A stretch of 64,000 nucleotides of DNA from an uncultured delta proteobacterium (GTDB lineage Bacteria; Myxococcota_A; Polyangia; Fen-1088), in contig CAVTRY010000010.1 in assembly GCA_963737265.1 (NCBI GenBank), positions 14,075-78,074 on the forward strand. Direction: 5' to 3'. Each line of letters begins with the position of its first letter. Position 1 is the first letter of the stretch. Positions 21,013 to 30,966 of this stretch are shown here, piece by piece. The position numbers and the translations under genes are program-made. A model generated the notes under the pieces. The model did not search any database and was not told the origin of the DNA. It saw only the letters and a program-made list of their open reading frames with translations.

Positions 21013-23572
21013 CTACTCGGTCGAGAAACGCGGCTCGCGGCTGGAAGCCGACCGTTCTCAGCACGGCGATCGTCGACCGCGCCGATGGAGATCACCAGCG
21101 CGACCGCAACCGCGCGAAATCCGAGTTGCCACGCCGGCTGGAAATGAACCTGGGTGTCGGTGACGCGCGCGGCCCAGTTGTCGGCCAGGCCTTGTGCCAG
21201 GATGCCTCCCGCGAGGCCCAGCAGGCAGCCGCCGAGGAGCATCGAGCCACCCTCGTAGAAGATCAGTCGGGCGAGCTGCGAGAAGCTCATGCCGATCGAG
21301 ATAGGGCGTCGATCCGCCCGCGGCGCTGCCAGACAGCCGCGACCATCATCGCGACGACCGAGACGATCGCCGCGACCAGGACGATCGTGGTCGTGTCGGT
21401 CAGGCGTGAGAGGGTGCTGCCGAGGACGCTCCTGATTTCGGACTGCCGTTCCCCGCGAGTCTGGACGGCGAGCGGCGAGCCAACCGGCAGCGCGCCTTCG
21501 ACGGCGCGCTTGCCCTGCGCCTCCGCGACGCCCGGGTCGAGGACGACGCCAAGCTGGCTCACGCCCGGTCCTCCCCAAAGTCGCGCGTAGTCGTCGCCGT
21601 TTAGCAGCACCGTCCCCGAGGGCCAGCCGTAGTTGTAGATGCGTGGCCGCCAAGCGAAGCTCGCAGGGCCCGTCGGCGTCGGCAGTCGCAGCCGCCCGCC
21701 GATATGCGCGTGCTGTTCTGTTGCGATCGCCTGGCTCACGACCGCCCAGCCGCCTTCGCGCAGACGCTCTTCCGCTCTCGCGCGAGACCCGTGGACGAGC
21801 TGCACGGGGGCAATCACCGCGCGCGGCCTGCGACGGACTCCCTATCACCCAGACCCGGCGGTTTGGCAGGTCGAGGAACGAGGAGCGGAATGGCAGCACC
21901 GAGCGCACACCGGGTACGCGCGCGAGTGCGCGCTGAGTGTCCTCTGACGCGAAGGGCTGCGTCGCGTAGATGTTCGCCGCGCCACCTGGCCTGATCCACA
22001 GATCGGCGCTCAGCCCCGTCTGTTCGGCTCCCGCGTCGACGGCGCGCTGCACGTCGGCGACCGAGCCGCCGATCTGAACCATCAGGAACAGCGCGATCGT
22101 GCCGGTGGCGAACAGGGCGACCGAGCGGGAGGGCGAGCCGCGAAGCTCGGCGACCGCCAGGCGTGCGAGGGGTCGCCGAGATGCCGCGAGAGCGTCCCGC
22201 GGCGGACAGCAGGAGCGCACGATCATCGGCAGGCAGAGCACCAGGCCGCGCCGCGAGCGCGACGAGCCCGCCGATCGGACGGCTGGCCAGAGCAGCGACG
22301 CAGCAGCGGATACGCATATCAGCGCCGCTCCGCCGGCGAACACGGCCAGCCGCGAAGCGCGGTCGCGTATGCAGCGAGAGCGTGCGGCCGACCGCGTATG
22401 GGCTCAGCTCCCGCGCCGCTGCGGAGCACCGCGATCGCCGGCAGCGCGGCGGCGGCGAAGCGCGGCGAGCGATGCCCGCGCCGAGCGCGATCAGCGATCG
22501 TCTGCCGACCCGATGACGCGCTGCGAGCCGATCGGGAACGCTGCGGTCAGGTAGCCGGGGAGCGAACGGAAGGCCACGAGCGAGATCGCGTCACCCACCA
22601 GCAGGCCGAGCACGCAGCCGATGAGGCCGAGAAGGAACGCATCGAACGCGAGCGAGGCGACGACCATCGAGTCGGGCGTCCCGAGCTCGATCAGGTAGCC
22701 GATGAAGCGTCGCCGCTCACCGCTCGCGAGCAGCAACGCGTTGTAGGCGAGAACGATCCCGACGACGATGCTGATCGCACTGAAGAGTAGCCGTCAGCTG
22801 CGCCTCCGGCGCCGCGGCGCTCGCGAGCAGCCTGCCTTCGCTTCCGACCGGACGGACGTTCAGCTCCGGCCGTAGCGCCTCGTCAGCTCCCGCCGTAGCT
22901 GCGCTTCCCGGCCTGGACGAGGCTCGATCAGGACGCGCGTCAGGCGACCCGGGAGTCCGGCGAATCCTCTGGACCACCGGCAAGCGGCGCCGCCGCTAAA
23001 GGGCTCTGCGCGAGCGGACCGAGCTTGCTTGCCGGCACGGCTCGCGTCGAGCGCGATGTGTTCGGCTCGCGCCCCGACCTGGATCGTGACGTCGCTCCCC
23101 GGGTCGCGCCGATCGCCCGCGCGGTCGGCGCGGTCATCACCAGCAGCCCTCGTCTCAGGCGCTCTCGCCGGCCTGCTGCGACTGGCGGTGGAGAGCTTGC
23201 CGTGCAGCGAGGCCAGTTCTTCGTGCGCCGACGAGCCTGAGCGCCGTCTGGCAACCGCGAGGCCCGACGGCACGATCACCTGTTGCTCGAAGATCGGCGC
23301 CGCGGCCTTGACGCCGGGGTCGCGTTCGATTTCGTTCGACCATGCGTTCGTCGAACCCTTCGGGCGCGCGGCGGCCACTTCGAGCGTCGCGTGGCCCGCG
23401 ACGCCGTGGACGATTTCTTCGAAGGAGCCGGTGATGCTGCGGTGGCGACCTGGACGGCGAACAGCAGCGCGACGCCGGCGGCGACGCCGGCGACCGCCAT
23501 CAGCTCGCGCAGCGGCTGGACGCGCAGATGCCGGCGGTAGAAGAGCAGCAGCGTACGCAGGTCACCGATCAT
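21013..23572 (-). CDS. Large duplicated FtsX/MacB/LolC-type ABC permease, many apparent frameshifts
   Basis: [42 protein letters not shown]; NALLLASGERRRFI..ELG; VWQRRGRI..SIGMSFSQLARLIFYE; two periplasmic plus TM repeats. Confidence 0.8.
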
Positions 23573-24268
23573 TCTTCGAGCGCCGCCTGCGTCTCGAGGT
23601 CGGGCTCGGTCAGCTTGCCGTCGCGCATCGCGAGCACCCGGTCGGCGTAACGCGCGACGCGCGCGTCGTGGGTGACGAGGATCGCGGCGGCGCCGTGCTC
23701 GCGCGGGAGCTCGCTCAACAGCTCGAGCACGCACTCACCGGTCTCGGTGTCGAGGTTGCCGGTGGGCTCGTCGGCGAGCACGAGCTTCGGTCTGCCGACG
23801 AGCGCCCGGGCGATCGCGACGCGCTGCTGCTCGCCGCCCGAGAGCCGGTCGGGGCCGTGCTCGGCGCGCTCGGCCAGGCCGACCTCAGCGAGCGCCGCGA
23901 GCGCCCGCTCGCGCGCCGGCGTGGTGCCCACGCCGCGAGCAGCAGCGGCATCGCGACGTTCTCCTCGGCGGTGAGGCCCGGCCATCAGGTTGAAGTCCTG
24001 GAAGACGAAGCCGAGTTCGCGCGCCGGTAGTCGAGGACTCGCGCTTGGAAGGGTCGCCAAGGTCGCGTCCCTCGAAGCGCACGCTGCCGGCGTCGGCCTT
24101 CGAAGCAGCCCGCCGGGGAGCAGCAGCAGCGTGGTCTTGCCCGAGCCGCTCGGCCCGAAGATCGCCACGAGCTCGCGCTCGCGCACACTCATGCTCACGT
24201 CGTCGGACGGCGTGCACGGCGCCAGCCGGAGCTCGTCGTAGTACTTGAGTACGTTCTATCTCAAGCAC
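23569..24268 (-). CDS. ABC transporter ATP-binding protein (LolD/MacB type, canonical motifs), frameshifted 5' end
   Basis: [44 protein letters not shown] and LVTHD. Confidence 0.9.
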
Positions 24269-24279
24269 GGCCGCGCCCG

Positions 24280-25000
24280 TCGGCGCGACCGCGCTGACGT
24301 GAAGGGGACGTAGACGTTGCCCTCGCTCGCCGGGCTCGGCGTTGACGAGCCTGCCGTCGCAGATATAGAGGAAGGGGTCTGCTCGAATCAGCGCGTGGCA
24401 TCGCTATCGGTGATGAGCACGGCCACCTTGGCCTCGTACGCGAGCGATGCGAGCAGCCCCATCACCCTTCCTGCTCGATGGCGAAAGGCTCGACGCCGGG
24501 CCGTCGGCCAGCAACAGGCGCGGTTCGCTCACGAGCGCGCGGGCGATCGCCACGCGCTGGCGCTCGCCGTCGGAGAGCTCGTGCAGCTCCATCCCGACGC
24601 TGCTCGCCTCGCAGGCGAGCAGCGCCTCCCGCGCGCGCCGCTCGGCGCCTCGATGGTCGTGGCGGTCGACCAGCAGCGGCAGCGACACGTAGTCGAGGAC
24701 GCCGAGTCGCTCGTGGCCGCTTTGCGATCTCCAGACGCACGCGATCTCGCGTCGCCGGTAGCGCAGCCGGTCGGCGGGCGACATCTCGGCAAGCCGCTCG
24801 CCGTTGTAGGTGACGGTGCCGCTGTCGGGCGTCTGGAGCCCGGCGACGATTCGAAGAAGTGTCGTCTTGCCGGAGCCACTCGGCCCGAATATCCCCATGA
24901 TCTGGCCGCGCTCGAGCTCGAGCGAGACGCCCGCAAGGGCGACTCTGCTCCCACCGGGGCGCTCATAGCTCTTGCTGACCTCCTGCAGGCGAAGAATCAC
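24280..25000 (-). CDS. Second ABC ATP-binding protein with degenerate catalytic motifs; 3' end approximate
   Basis: Own RBS GGAGG and GTG at 25000; GPSGSGKTT and LSDGERQRV present, but Walker B is LLLADG and the H-loop reads VLITD. Confidence 0.78.
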
Positions 25001-25744
25001 GTCCGCGGTTCCTCCGTCTCTGATTGTCCGGGCAAGCCGTCGGCCCAAGCCTTCGCCGCCTTGCCCACCACCCTCGAGCGCGCTCAGCTCCGTCTCGCGT
25101 GCGGACATCCTGGCGAACAGGCCCTGACGAACGATACGGCTGGCGGAGGCCGCATCGCGCGTCCCAAGCGCGCGCGCGCCTGAAGGCCATATCACGTCCT
25201 CGTGCTCGAGCAGCGACAGCACCACCTCGCGCGCCCGACGCGCCCACCGCAGTTCTCCCTGCAGCGCGTAGATGTCAGCGCTCAAATTCAGGCGCAGCAG
25301 GACCTGGTCGGCACGCACCGAGGTTTCCTGACCTGCGATGGACGCCTCCTGGCTGACCAGCTCGGCGAGCAGCTCGGCGCGATCGCGCTCGAAGGCGTCG
25401 ATCTGTTCCAGCGTTTGCCTGATCCGCGCAGGCCCGGACAGCGTGACCTTTGCCAGCAGCGGCCGTCGCGCCGGTCGCGGCCGCTCGATCGCCTCGTCGA
25501 GCCACTCCTCGAACGCCTGCGTTCCCTCGCTCGTGATCGCATACACGTGGCGCCCCTCACGCGTGCGCCTGTTGTCAACCCGCTCGATGTGGCCCTTGTT
25601 GCGGAGCCACTCGATGTCCTGGTAGAGCTGCCCCGAGTTCACCCGCCAAGCAGGGCCCAACCGTCGCTGCAGGCGCTCGCCGAGCTCGTACGGGTAGCCC
25701 GGTCTGTCCAGTAGAAGCCCCAGTAACGCATGCTTGGCGGACAT
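25001..25744 (-). CDS. PadR-family transcriptional regulator (reads in frame into the downstream ATPase)
   Basis: MSAKHALLGLLLDRPGYPYEL, VNSGQLY and VYAITSEGTQAFEEWL plus a C-terminal helical domain. Confidence 0.88.
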
Positions 25745-25867
25745 CTGAGCCCCATCCCTCGTAGGCGCCCCGCGCACGATCCTCCTCGGCACCGGCGCGC
25801 ATCGTGACCTTTGCTACGCGAACCCTACACCTGCAGGCGCCGACCGGCCAGCTCGGCGCCGACGAAT

Positions 25868-26017
25868 ACCTAGCTTAAAGGTGGCATGGGCCCGCACCGC
25901 GCGGTGACGGGGAAGCCCTCAATTAGGGCCTCGATGCAGGGATGATCGCCCGTCAGAGCCGCCCGCGAGACCCTACCTAGTCACTAGGTGCTTAGCGCGA
26001 ATGCCTCGGTTTAAGGT
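25868..26017. promoter_or_regulatory. Three (A/G)CCT-N7-AGGT operator-like boxes in the divergent padR-lmbU spacer
   Basis: ACCTAGCTTAAAGGT 25868-25882, ACCTAGTCACTAGGT 25975-25989 (perfect 6-3-6 palindrome) and GCCTCGGTTTAAGGT 26003-26017, the last abutting TTGACG at 26019. Confidence 0.6.
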
Positions 26018-26471
26018 ATTGACGCGTGGCTCTGGCGGGGCGTATACGAGCGGAAGTGAGCGTACGCGGGCACGAGTGGGACAACGACTTCTCTCCGTCC
26101 TCCCAGGGAGAGGGGACCTTCGCCCGCCGGGAGCAGCCGCCGACACGGGGCTTGTTGCTCGGCGTGCCTCATCTCCTCCAGGCAGGGGGCCGGGTGCCAC
26201 CGTGGCATTCGGCCCCCGGCGAACCACGCGCCTGTCGCGGTGAGCGGCGGCGTTCCGTAGGCCGAGCGGGGAGAGGACACAACCGGGGCGGTCCGTCGAG
26301 GCATCACCTACATCGCTATGTGGGGTCCTGCACGCGGCGTCGTCGGATCGCCCCGGTCAGAGGCGACGGGGTGGGAAGCGTTGGCGACCCAGGGGCCGCC
26401 GGTCGTGAGCAAGGCGTATCTCTTGATGGCAATCCGCGTTCGCGGCTGGCTCGGCGACGCGGAGATAGTCG

Positions 26472-27062
26472 ATGAGCGCGCCGTGAGCGCGAGCGGTTTC
26501 GTGGCGACATCTGAGCCGGTTCGCCCCCGGACTTCGCGGCCCGCACGCGCGATCGGATGCCGCTCCGGCGTCAGCCCCGTCGCGTGGCGACCGGCGCCAA
26601 CGCTCGAGTACCGCGACTGGCTCGCTCGAGGGAAGGCGCATCGGGGTCCTCTCCCGCGGGAGCCAATGGTGGGTGGGGGACTGGCTTCTCTACGGCACCG
26701 GCAGATGGGGCGAGATGTACGTCGCCGCGGCGAAGGCCACGGGCTATGACCCCAAGAGCCTTCGCAACTATCGCTATGTCGCCTCGCGCGTGAGCGTGTC
26801 CTTACGTAAGGACAATCTGACCTTCGGCCACCACGCGCTCGTGGCGAGCCTCGAGCCCAACGCGCAGCGCACCTGGCTCGAGCGGGCGATTCACGATCGG
26901 CTCTCGGTAGAGGACCTGCGAGGTGAGCTCCGTGCCGAGCGCTGCCACGACATCACGGCTCCGCCAGAGCGCGAGTCGCTCGCGGCGGCACCGCTGGAGA
27001 GGGTCATCATCTGCCCGAGCTGCGGCGATCCCGTCCCGGTCCCAATCGGAGCGCTCAGGTGA
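26472..27062 (+). CDS. LmbU-family transcriptional regulator, frameshifted
   Basis: LEYRDWLARG..., WWVGDWLLYG..WGEMY, TGYDPKSLRNYRYVASRV, LTFGHHALVASL and QRTWLERA; C-terminal CPSCG. Confidence 0.82.
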
Positions 27063-27126
27063 GCGGGACGAGTCATGATCGCGGCGCTCGAGATCGGGTG
27101 TTCTTCCCTACGGACGGAGGTGGCGT

Positions 27127-28905
27127 GTGAGGTTTCTAGATCGCTTGAGAGTCATCAGGGCGAACCTGTTGGGCGTTTCGCTGATGACGGCAGCGCTGTT
27201 CACGCTGGGTCCCGCCGTGGCGGCGAGGGCGAGCGCTCCGTCGGCGACGTGGAAGGGCGCGGCGCCGGGCGTCGCAAAGAGCGACGCCTATTGGTCGCTC
27301 GGCGCCAACTGGGAAGCAGGCGTCGCGCCGAGTGCCTCCGAAGGGATCGCCACGCTCACGTTTCCGCGCCTCACCACTCCGACCTGCGAATCGGCGATCC
27401 CGGCCGACACCTGCTACCTCTCTTTCAACAACCTGGTCGGGCTCTCGGTGGAAGCGCTGAAGCTCGACGACGGCGACGAATACCTGATCGCGGGGGAACC
27501 GTTCACGCTCGGCAGCGGTGGGCTGAGCGCCACGCCGGCGAGCGGCAGCTCTGGCGAAGCCGCCGATGTCGTGGAGGCGCCCATCCAGCTCGGCGCCTCC
27601 CAGGACTGGCAGCTCGCCGGCCGCGGCGGGCTCGTGGCGGAAAACGGCCTCGTCCTGTTCGACGGCACCTTCGGATCGGGAAGTGTGAGCGGGTCCGGGA
27701 GCTCGCTGTCAATCGAACTGAGCGAAGGACCGCTCTTCTTCCTCGACAAGACCGACACCGAGGTCGGGCCGCTCACGATCTCCGGCGCGAACACGGGCGC
27801 GATCGCCTCCAACGGGCTCTTCTCGATGCTCGACGCCAAGCTCAACTCCTCTGACTCGCAGCCGGTGAGCGTGAGCCACGTCTTCTTCGCCGGAAGCGGC
27901 GCGATAGGCCCGCTGAGCACGAGCGATACCGATCTCGACGTCGGCGCCGTCGGCGAAGACCTCGAAGTGGCGAGCGCCAAGCTCGGCTCCGGCACGTCCG
28001 TCGAATTCACGATCACGGGCGAGGGCACCGCCCCCGCGGTCGACTACGCCCAGCTGGTATCGCGCGGCGCGGTCGCGCTCGAAGGCGCGAAGGTCGAAGT
28101 CGTCGTACGGCCGCCGAACGAAGGCTCGGCGTGTCCGGTTCTCAGCGCCGGCGAGACCTACACGTTCGTCTCGAGCACCGGCGCGCTCTCCGGCGCCTTT
28201 CAGAACGCACCCGAAGGAGGCGCCGAAATCCCCGTCCGCTACGGGCTCGCATGCGCGGCGAAACCGTCGCAGACGATCGCGATCTCCTACCACGAGAGCG
28301 GCCCCACGGAGACCGTTACAGGCACGGTCGAAGAAGCAGCCTCCAGGCAGCGCCAGGAAGAAGAAGCGAAGACGAGGGGGCGCGAGGAAGAAGAAGCGGC
28401 GGCACGGCGCAAGGCAGAAGAAGCGAGTGCGCACGGGCCGTCGGGCGCGGCAGGGCCCGGCACCACGCCGGGGGGGACCGTCGTGGCGCCGGGCAGCGCC
28501 CCGCGCGAAGAAGTGTTCAGCGAAGGCGGCGGCGATGAAATCGCTGCGCTGCTCAGCCGCGAGCTCACCCCGAGGGGCACATCGGCACGGATCGCAAGCG
28601 TGCTGAGCGCGGGCGGCTACACGATCTCCTTCAGCGCGCCGGCCGCGGGCACCGCGGTGCTCGATTGGTACGAGCTCCCGCACGGAGGGAAAGCCAGCGC
28701 AGCGAAGACGAAGCCGCTGCTCGTCGCCTCCGGCCGTCTGCGGTTCTCGAAGGCGGGCCGAAAGAAGCTGAGGATCAAGCTCACTGCTTCTGGGCGTTCG
28801 TTGCTAAGCCACTCGCAGAGCGTCAAGCTCACGGCGAAGGGGACGTTCACGCCACCCGGGGAAGAACCAGTTGTCGTGACGAAGTCGTTTGTGCTGAGGC
28901 GCTGA
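27127..28905 (+). CDS. Secreted protein: beta-helix/autotransporter-passenger-like region, charged helical linker, basic C-terminal domain
   Basis: Signal peptide; ATWKG..WSLGANW..GVAP; DYAQLVSRGAVAL; E/R-rich linker; K/R-rich terminal beta-domain ending KSFVLRR. Confidence 0.75.
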   Translation: MRFLDRLRVIRANLLGVSLMTAALFTLGPAVAARASAPSATWKGAAPGVAKSDAYWSLGANWEAGVAPSASEGIATLTFPRLTTPTCESAIPADTCYLSFNNLVGLSVEALKLDDGDEYLIAGEPFTLGSGGLSATPASGSSGEAADVVEAPIQLGASQDWQLAGRGGLVAENGLVLFDGTFGSGSVSGSGSSLSIELSEGPLFFLDKTDTEVGPLTISGANTGAIASNGLFSMLDAKLNSSDSQPVSVSHVFFAGSGAIGPLSTSDTDLDVGAVGEDLEVASAKLGSGTSVEFTITGEGTAPAVDYAQLVSRGAVALEGAKVEVVVRPPNEGSACPVLSAGETYTFVSSTGALSGAFQNAPEGGAEIPVRYGLACAAKPSQTIAISYHESGPTETVTGTVEEAASRQRQEEEAKTRGREEEEAAARRKAEEASAHGPSGAAGPGTTPGGTVVAPGSAPREEVFSEGGGDEIAALLSRELTPRGTSARIASVLSAGGYTISFSAPAAGTAVLDWYELPHGGKASAAKTKPLLVASGRLRFSKAGRKKLRIKLTASGRSLLSHSQSVKLTAKGTFTPPGEEPVVVTKSFVLRR

Positions 28906-28924
28906 AAGGCAGCTGTGCGAGTCT

Positions 28925-29680
28925 GTGGATAGGATCGTCGAAATGGTGAGGAAGATCTGCGGAGGGCGATTGCTGATTTCCTGCGTTGCAGTGGGATGCT
29001 TGCTCGCGCCAAGCTCGGTCACGGCGTTCACCTACGGCGGGTCGCCGTGGGAAGCGTGCAACCTGGCTACGGGCGCCGCGGAAGCCGTTGCCAAGCACAT
29101 GGAACAGACGCCCGCCGAAGCCGCTACGGTCGATCTCGAAGTGCCCGTCACATTGTCAAGCGGCGCGCTCGGCGGTGCGGCACCGACGTTTGAGATCGCC
29201 TCCTCGCCGACGCTCATATCGACTCCGGATATCGACCACGGTACGGGGTCGGCGCAGGCGCCGGGAACGTACTCGTTCACGTCGACGCGAGCGACGAGCG
29301 TCGCACGGACGATCTACTGGGTCGCGAGCTACACCTTCGTCCCTGAAGACTGCGAACACCCAGTGACGTTCACGACTCCCGTGCGGACATTGAGCGTCGT
29401 GCCGCCTGCCACGCCGACAAGCGAACTCGAATCCGCCGGCGCGGGCCGGGGCCGAGCCGGATGCATCGTCCCGAGGCTGATCGGAGACTCACTCGGCCAG
29501 GCACGCAGAGCGCTGCGTCACGCGCATTGCGCGCTCGGCGCCGTGAGCAAACGCGGGCGAGACGTTCGCCAGCTCGTGGTAACGCGCCAGAGCATTGCCC
29601 CCGGTCGCAAACGTAGCGCCGGCACTGAGGTGGCGGTAGGCGTCGGAGCGCGAGCGCAGCGTGGGAAGCAGAATCACTGA
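28925..29680 (+). CDS. Secreted protein with a C-terminal PASTA domain
   Basis: Signal peptide; CIVPRLIGDSLGQARRALRHAHCALG..VVTRQSIAPG. Confidence 0.75.
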   Translation: MDRIVEMVRKICGGRLLISCVAVGCLLAPSSVTAFTYGGSPWEACNLATGAAEAVAKHMEQTPAEAATVDLEVPVTLSSGALGGAAPTFEIASSPTLISTPDIDHGTGSAQAPGTYSFTSTRATSVARTIYWVASYTFVPEDCEHPVTFTTPVRTLSVVPPATPTSELESAGAGRGRAGCIVPRLIGDSLGQARRALRHAHCALGAVSKRGRDVRQLVVTRQSIAPGRKRSAGTEVAVGVGARAQRGKQNH

Positions 29681-30560
29681 GCTATCGCCTGCGCGGGTCG
29701 CGGCGCAGTCGCTGCGCGGGGCAATCGCCGCGCTCGTAGGGTGCGCGTGGTGCCTGGTGGTCGTCGTGCTGGTGACCCTAGCGCCGCCGGCTGGCGCCGC
29801 ACCGGCGCGAGCCGGATATCCGGAAGTGATAGCCATGGCGCCAGAGAACGTCACGGAAACGAGCGCGACACTCCAAGCAGAGGTCAATCCGGAGGGCTCG
29901 GAAACGACCTGGGAAACCTATCTGGAATGCCAGAGTTCCTCTCCGAAGGAGTCATCGCCGTGCGAACCGGTAGGCGGTGGCTCACAACGGCACGAAGGGC
30001 GCATTGCCGCCAGCTCCGGGCTCGAGGTCGTGCACGCTGAACTCGCCGGTCTTCGACCCGAATACGTCTATAGATATGCGGTCCTCGCGACTAACTCGCT
30101 GGGTAAGGAAGGCTGGGTCCAGCTGGAATTCGCGACATGCTCAACCCACGGAGTCTGCCCGGTGGGCGGGTTTCCGGGGCTCCCTTGGTGGGGCGTCGAA
30201 GATTCGATCCGCTCGGGCGAAGAAGCCCCGGAGCGCGAGGCCGCACTGGAAGCGAAGAAGAAGCACGAAGAAGAAGTGGCAGCCCACGAACGGGCCGTGC
30301 GCGAAGAGGGCGAACGCGCTGGGCGGCAAGCAGCTGAACAGGAGCACCGCGCTCGAACCGGGTGCGTCGTGCCCAGGCTCGATGGGGACAGTCTCTTGCG
30401 CGCGCGAAAGGCGTTACGCGCGGCTCACTGCAAGCTCGGCAGGGTTACTCGACCCTCGACCCGCGGCGCCCTCGTTGTAGCTCGTCAGGGAGTTCGACCC
30501 GGGCGAAGGCTTGCGAAGGGCTCGGCGGTCCCTGTGAAGCTCGCTCGCACCTCGCGGTAG
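29661..30560 (+). CDS. Secreted protein: FN3-like domain, charged linker, C-terminal PASTA domain
   Basis: NVTETSATLQAEVNPEG..LAGLRPEYVYRYAVLATNSLG; CVVPRLDGDSLLRARKALRAAHCKLG. Confidence 0.78.
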   Translation: MGSRITELSPARVAAQSLRGAIAALVGCAWCLVVVVLVTLAPPAGAAPARAGYPEVIAMAPENVTETSATLQAEVNPEGSETTWETYLECQSSSPKESSPCEPVGGGSQRHEGRIAASSGLEVVHAELAGLRPEYVYRYAVLATNSLGKEGWVQLEFATCSTHGVCPVGGFPGLPWWGVEDSIRSGEEAPEREAALEAKKKHEEEVAAHERAVREEGERAGRQAAEQEHRARTGCVVPRLDGDSLLRARKALRAAHCKLGRVTRPSTRGALVVARQGVRPGRRLAKGSAVPVKLARTSR

Positions 30561-30966
30561 CGATCTCGAGCTCGCCGGCCGCTATCGGCCGGGACGGGGT
30601 GGCTTTGCGTTGCTCGCGGGTCACCAGGTCACGCTTATCCTCGGAGTGCCAGCCGGCGGCACCCGAGCGCCAAGACGAGTTGGTTAACCCGCACCCGCTC
30701 CGCCGCACCGTATGTGTGGCGTGTGGCGGCCGCGACCCGGGACGCGCCACCGGCATTGGCAGTTTCGAACCACGGGACGAGTCACTGCGGGTCCAACGTG
30801 ACGGTCGGACCCACCTCGCTAGCCGCCCTCGATAAGGACACTCCGGCACTTTGCCGTTCCGTGGGGAAGTGCCATTTATTGAAGGGTGATGCGGCCTCAA
30901 CACGGACATAGCGGGCGGCGTTCGTGGGGCCGTATCGGAGCTCCCGCAGACCCGAACAGGAGGTGG

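Noticed and set aside
24404-25792. PadR-ABC ATPase fusion protein (462-aa ORF)
   Set aside because: The ATPase has its own GGAGG RBS and GTG at 25000 and the region is full of indels, so a lost stop is more likely than a true fusion. Not excluded without reads.
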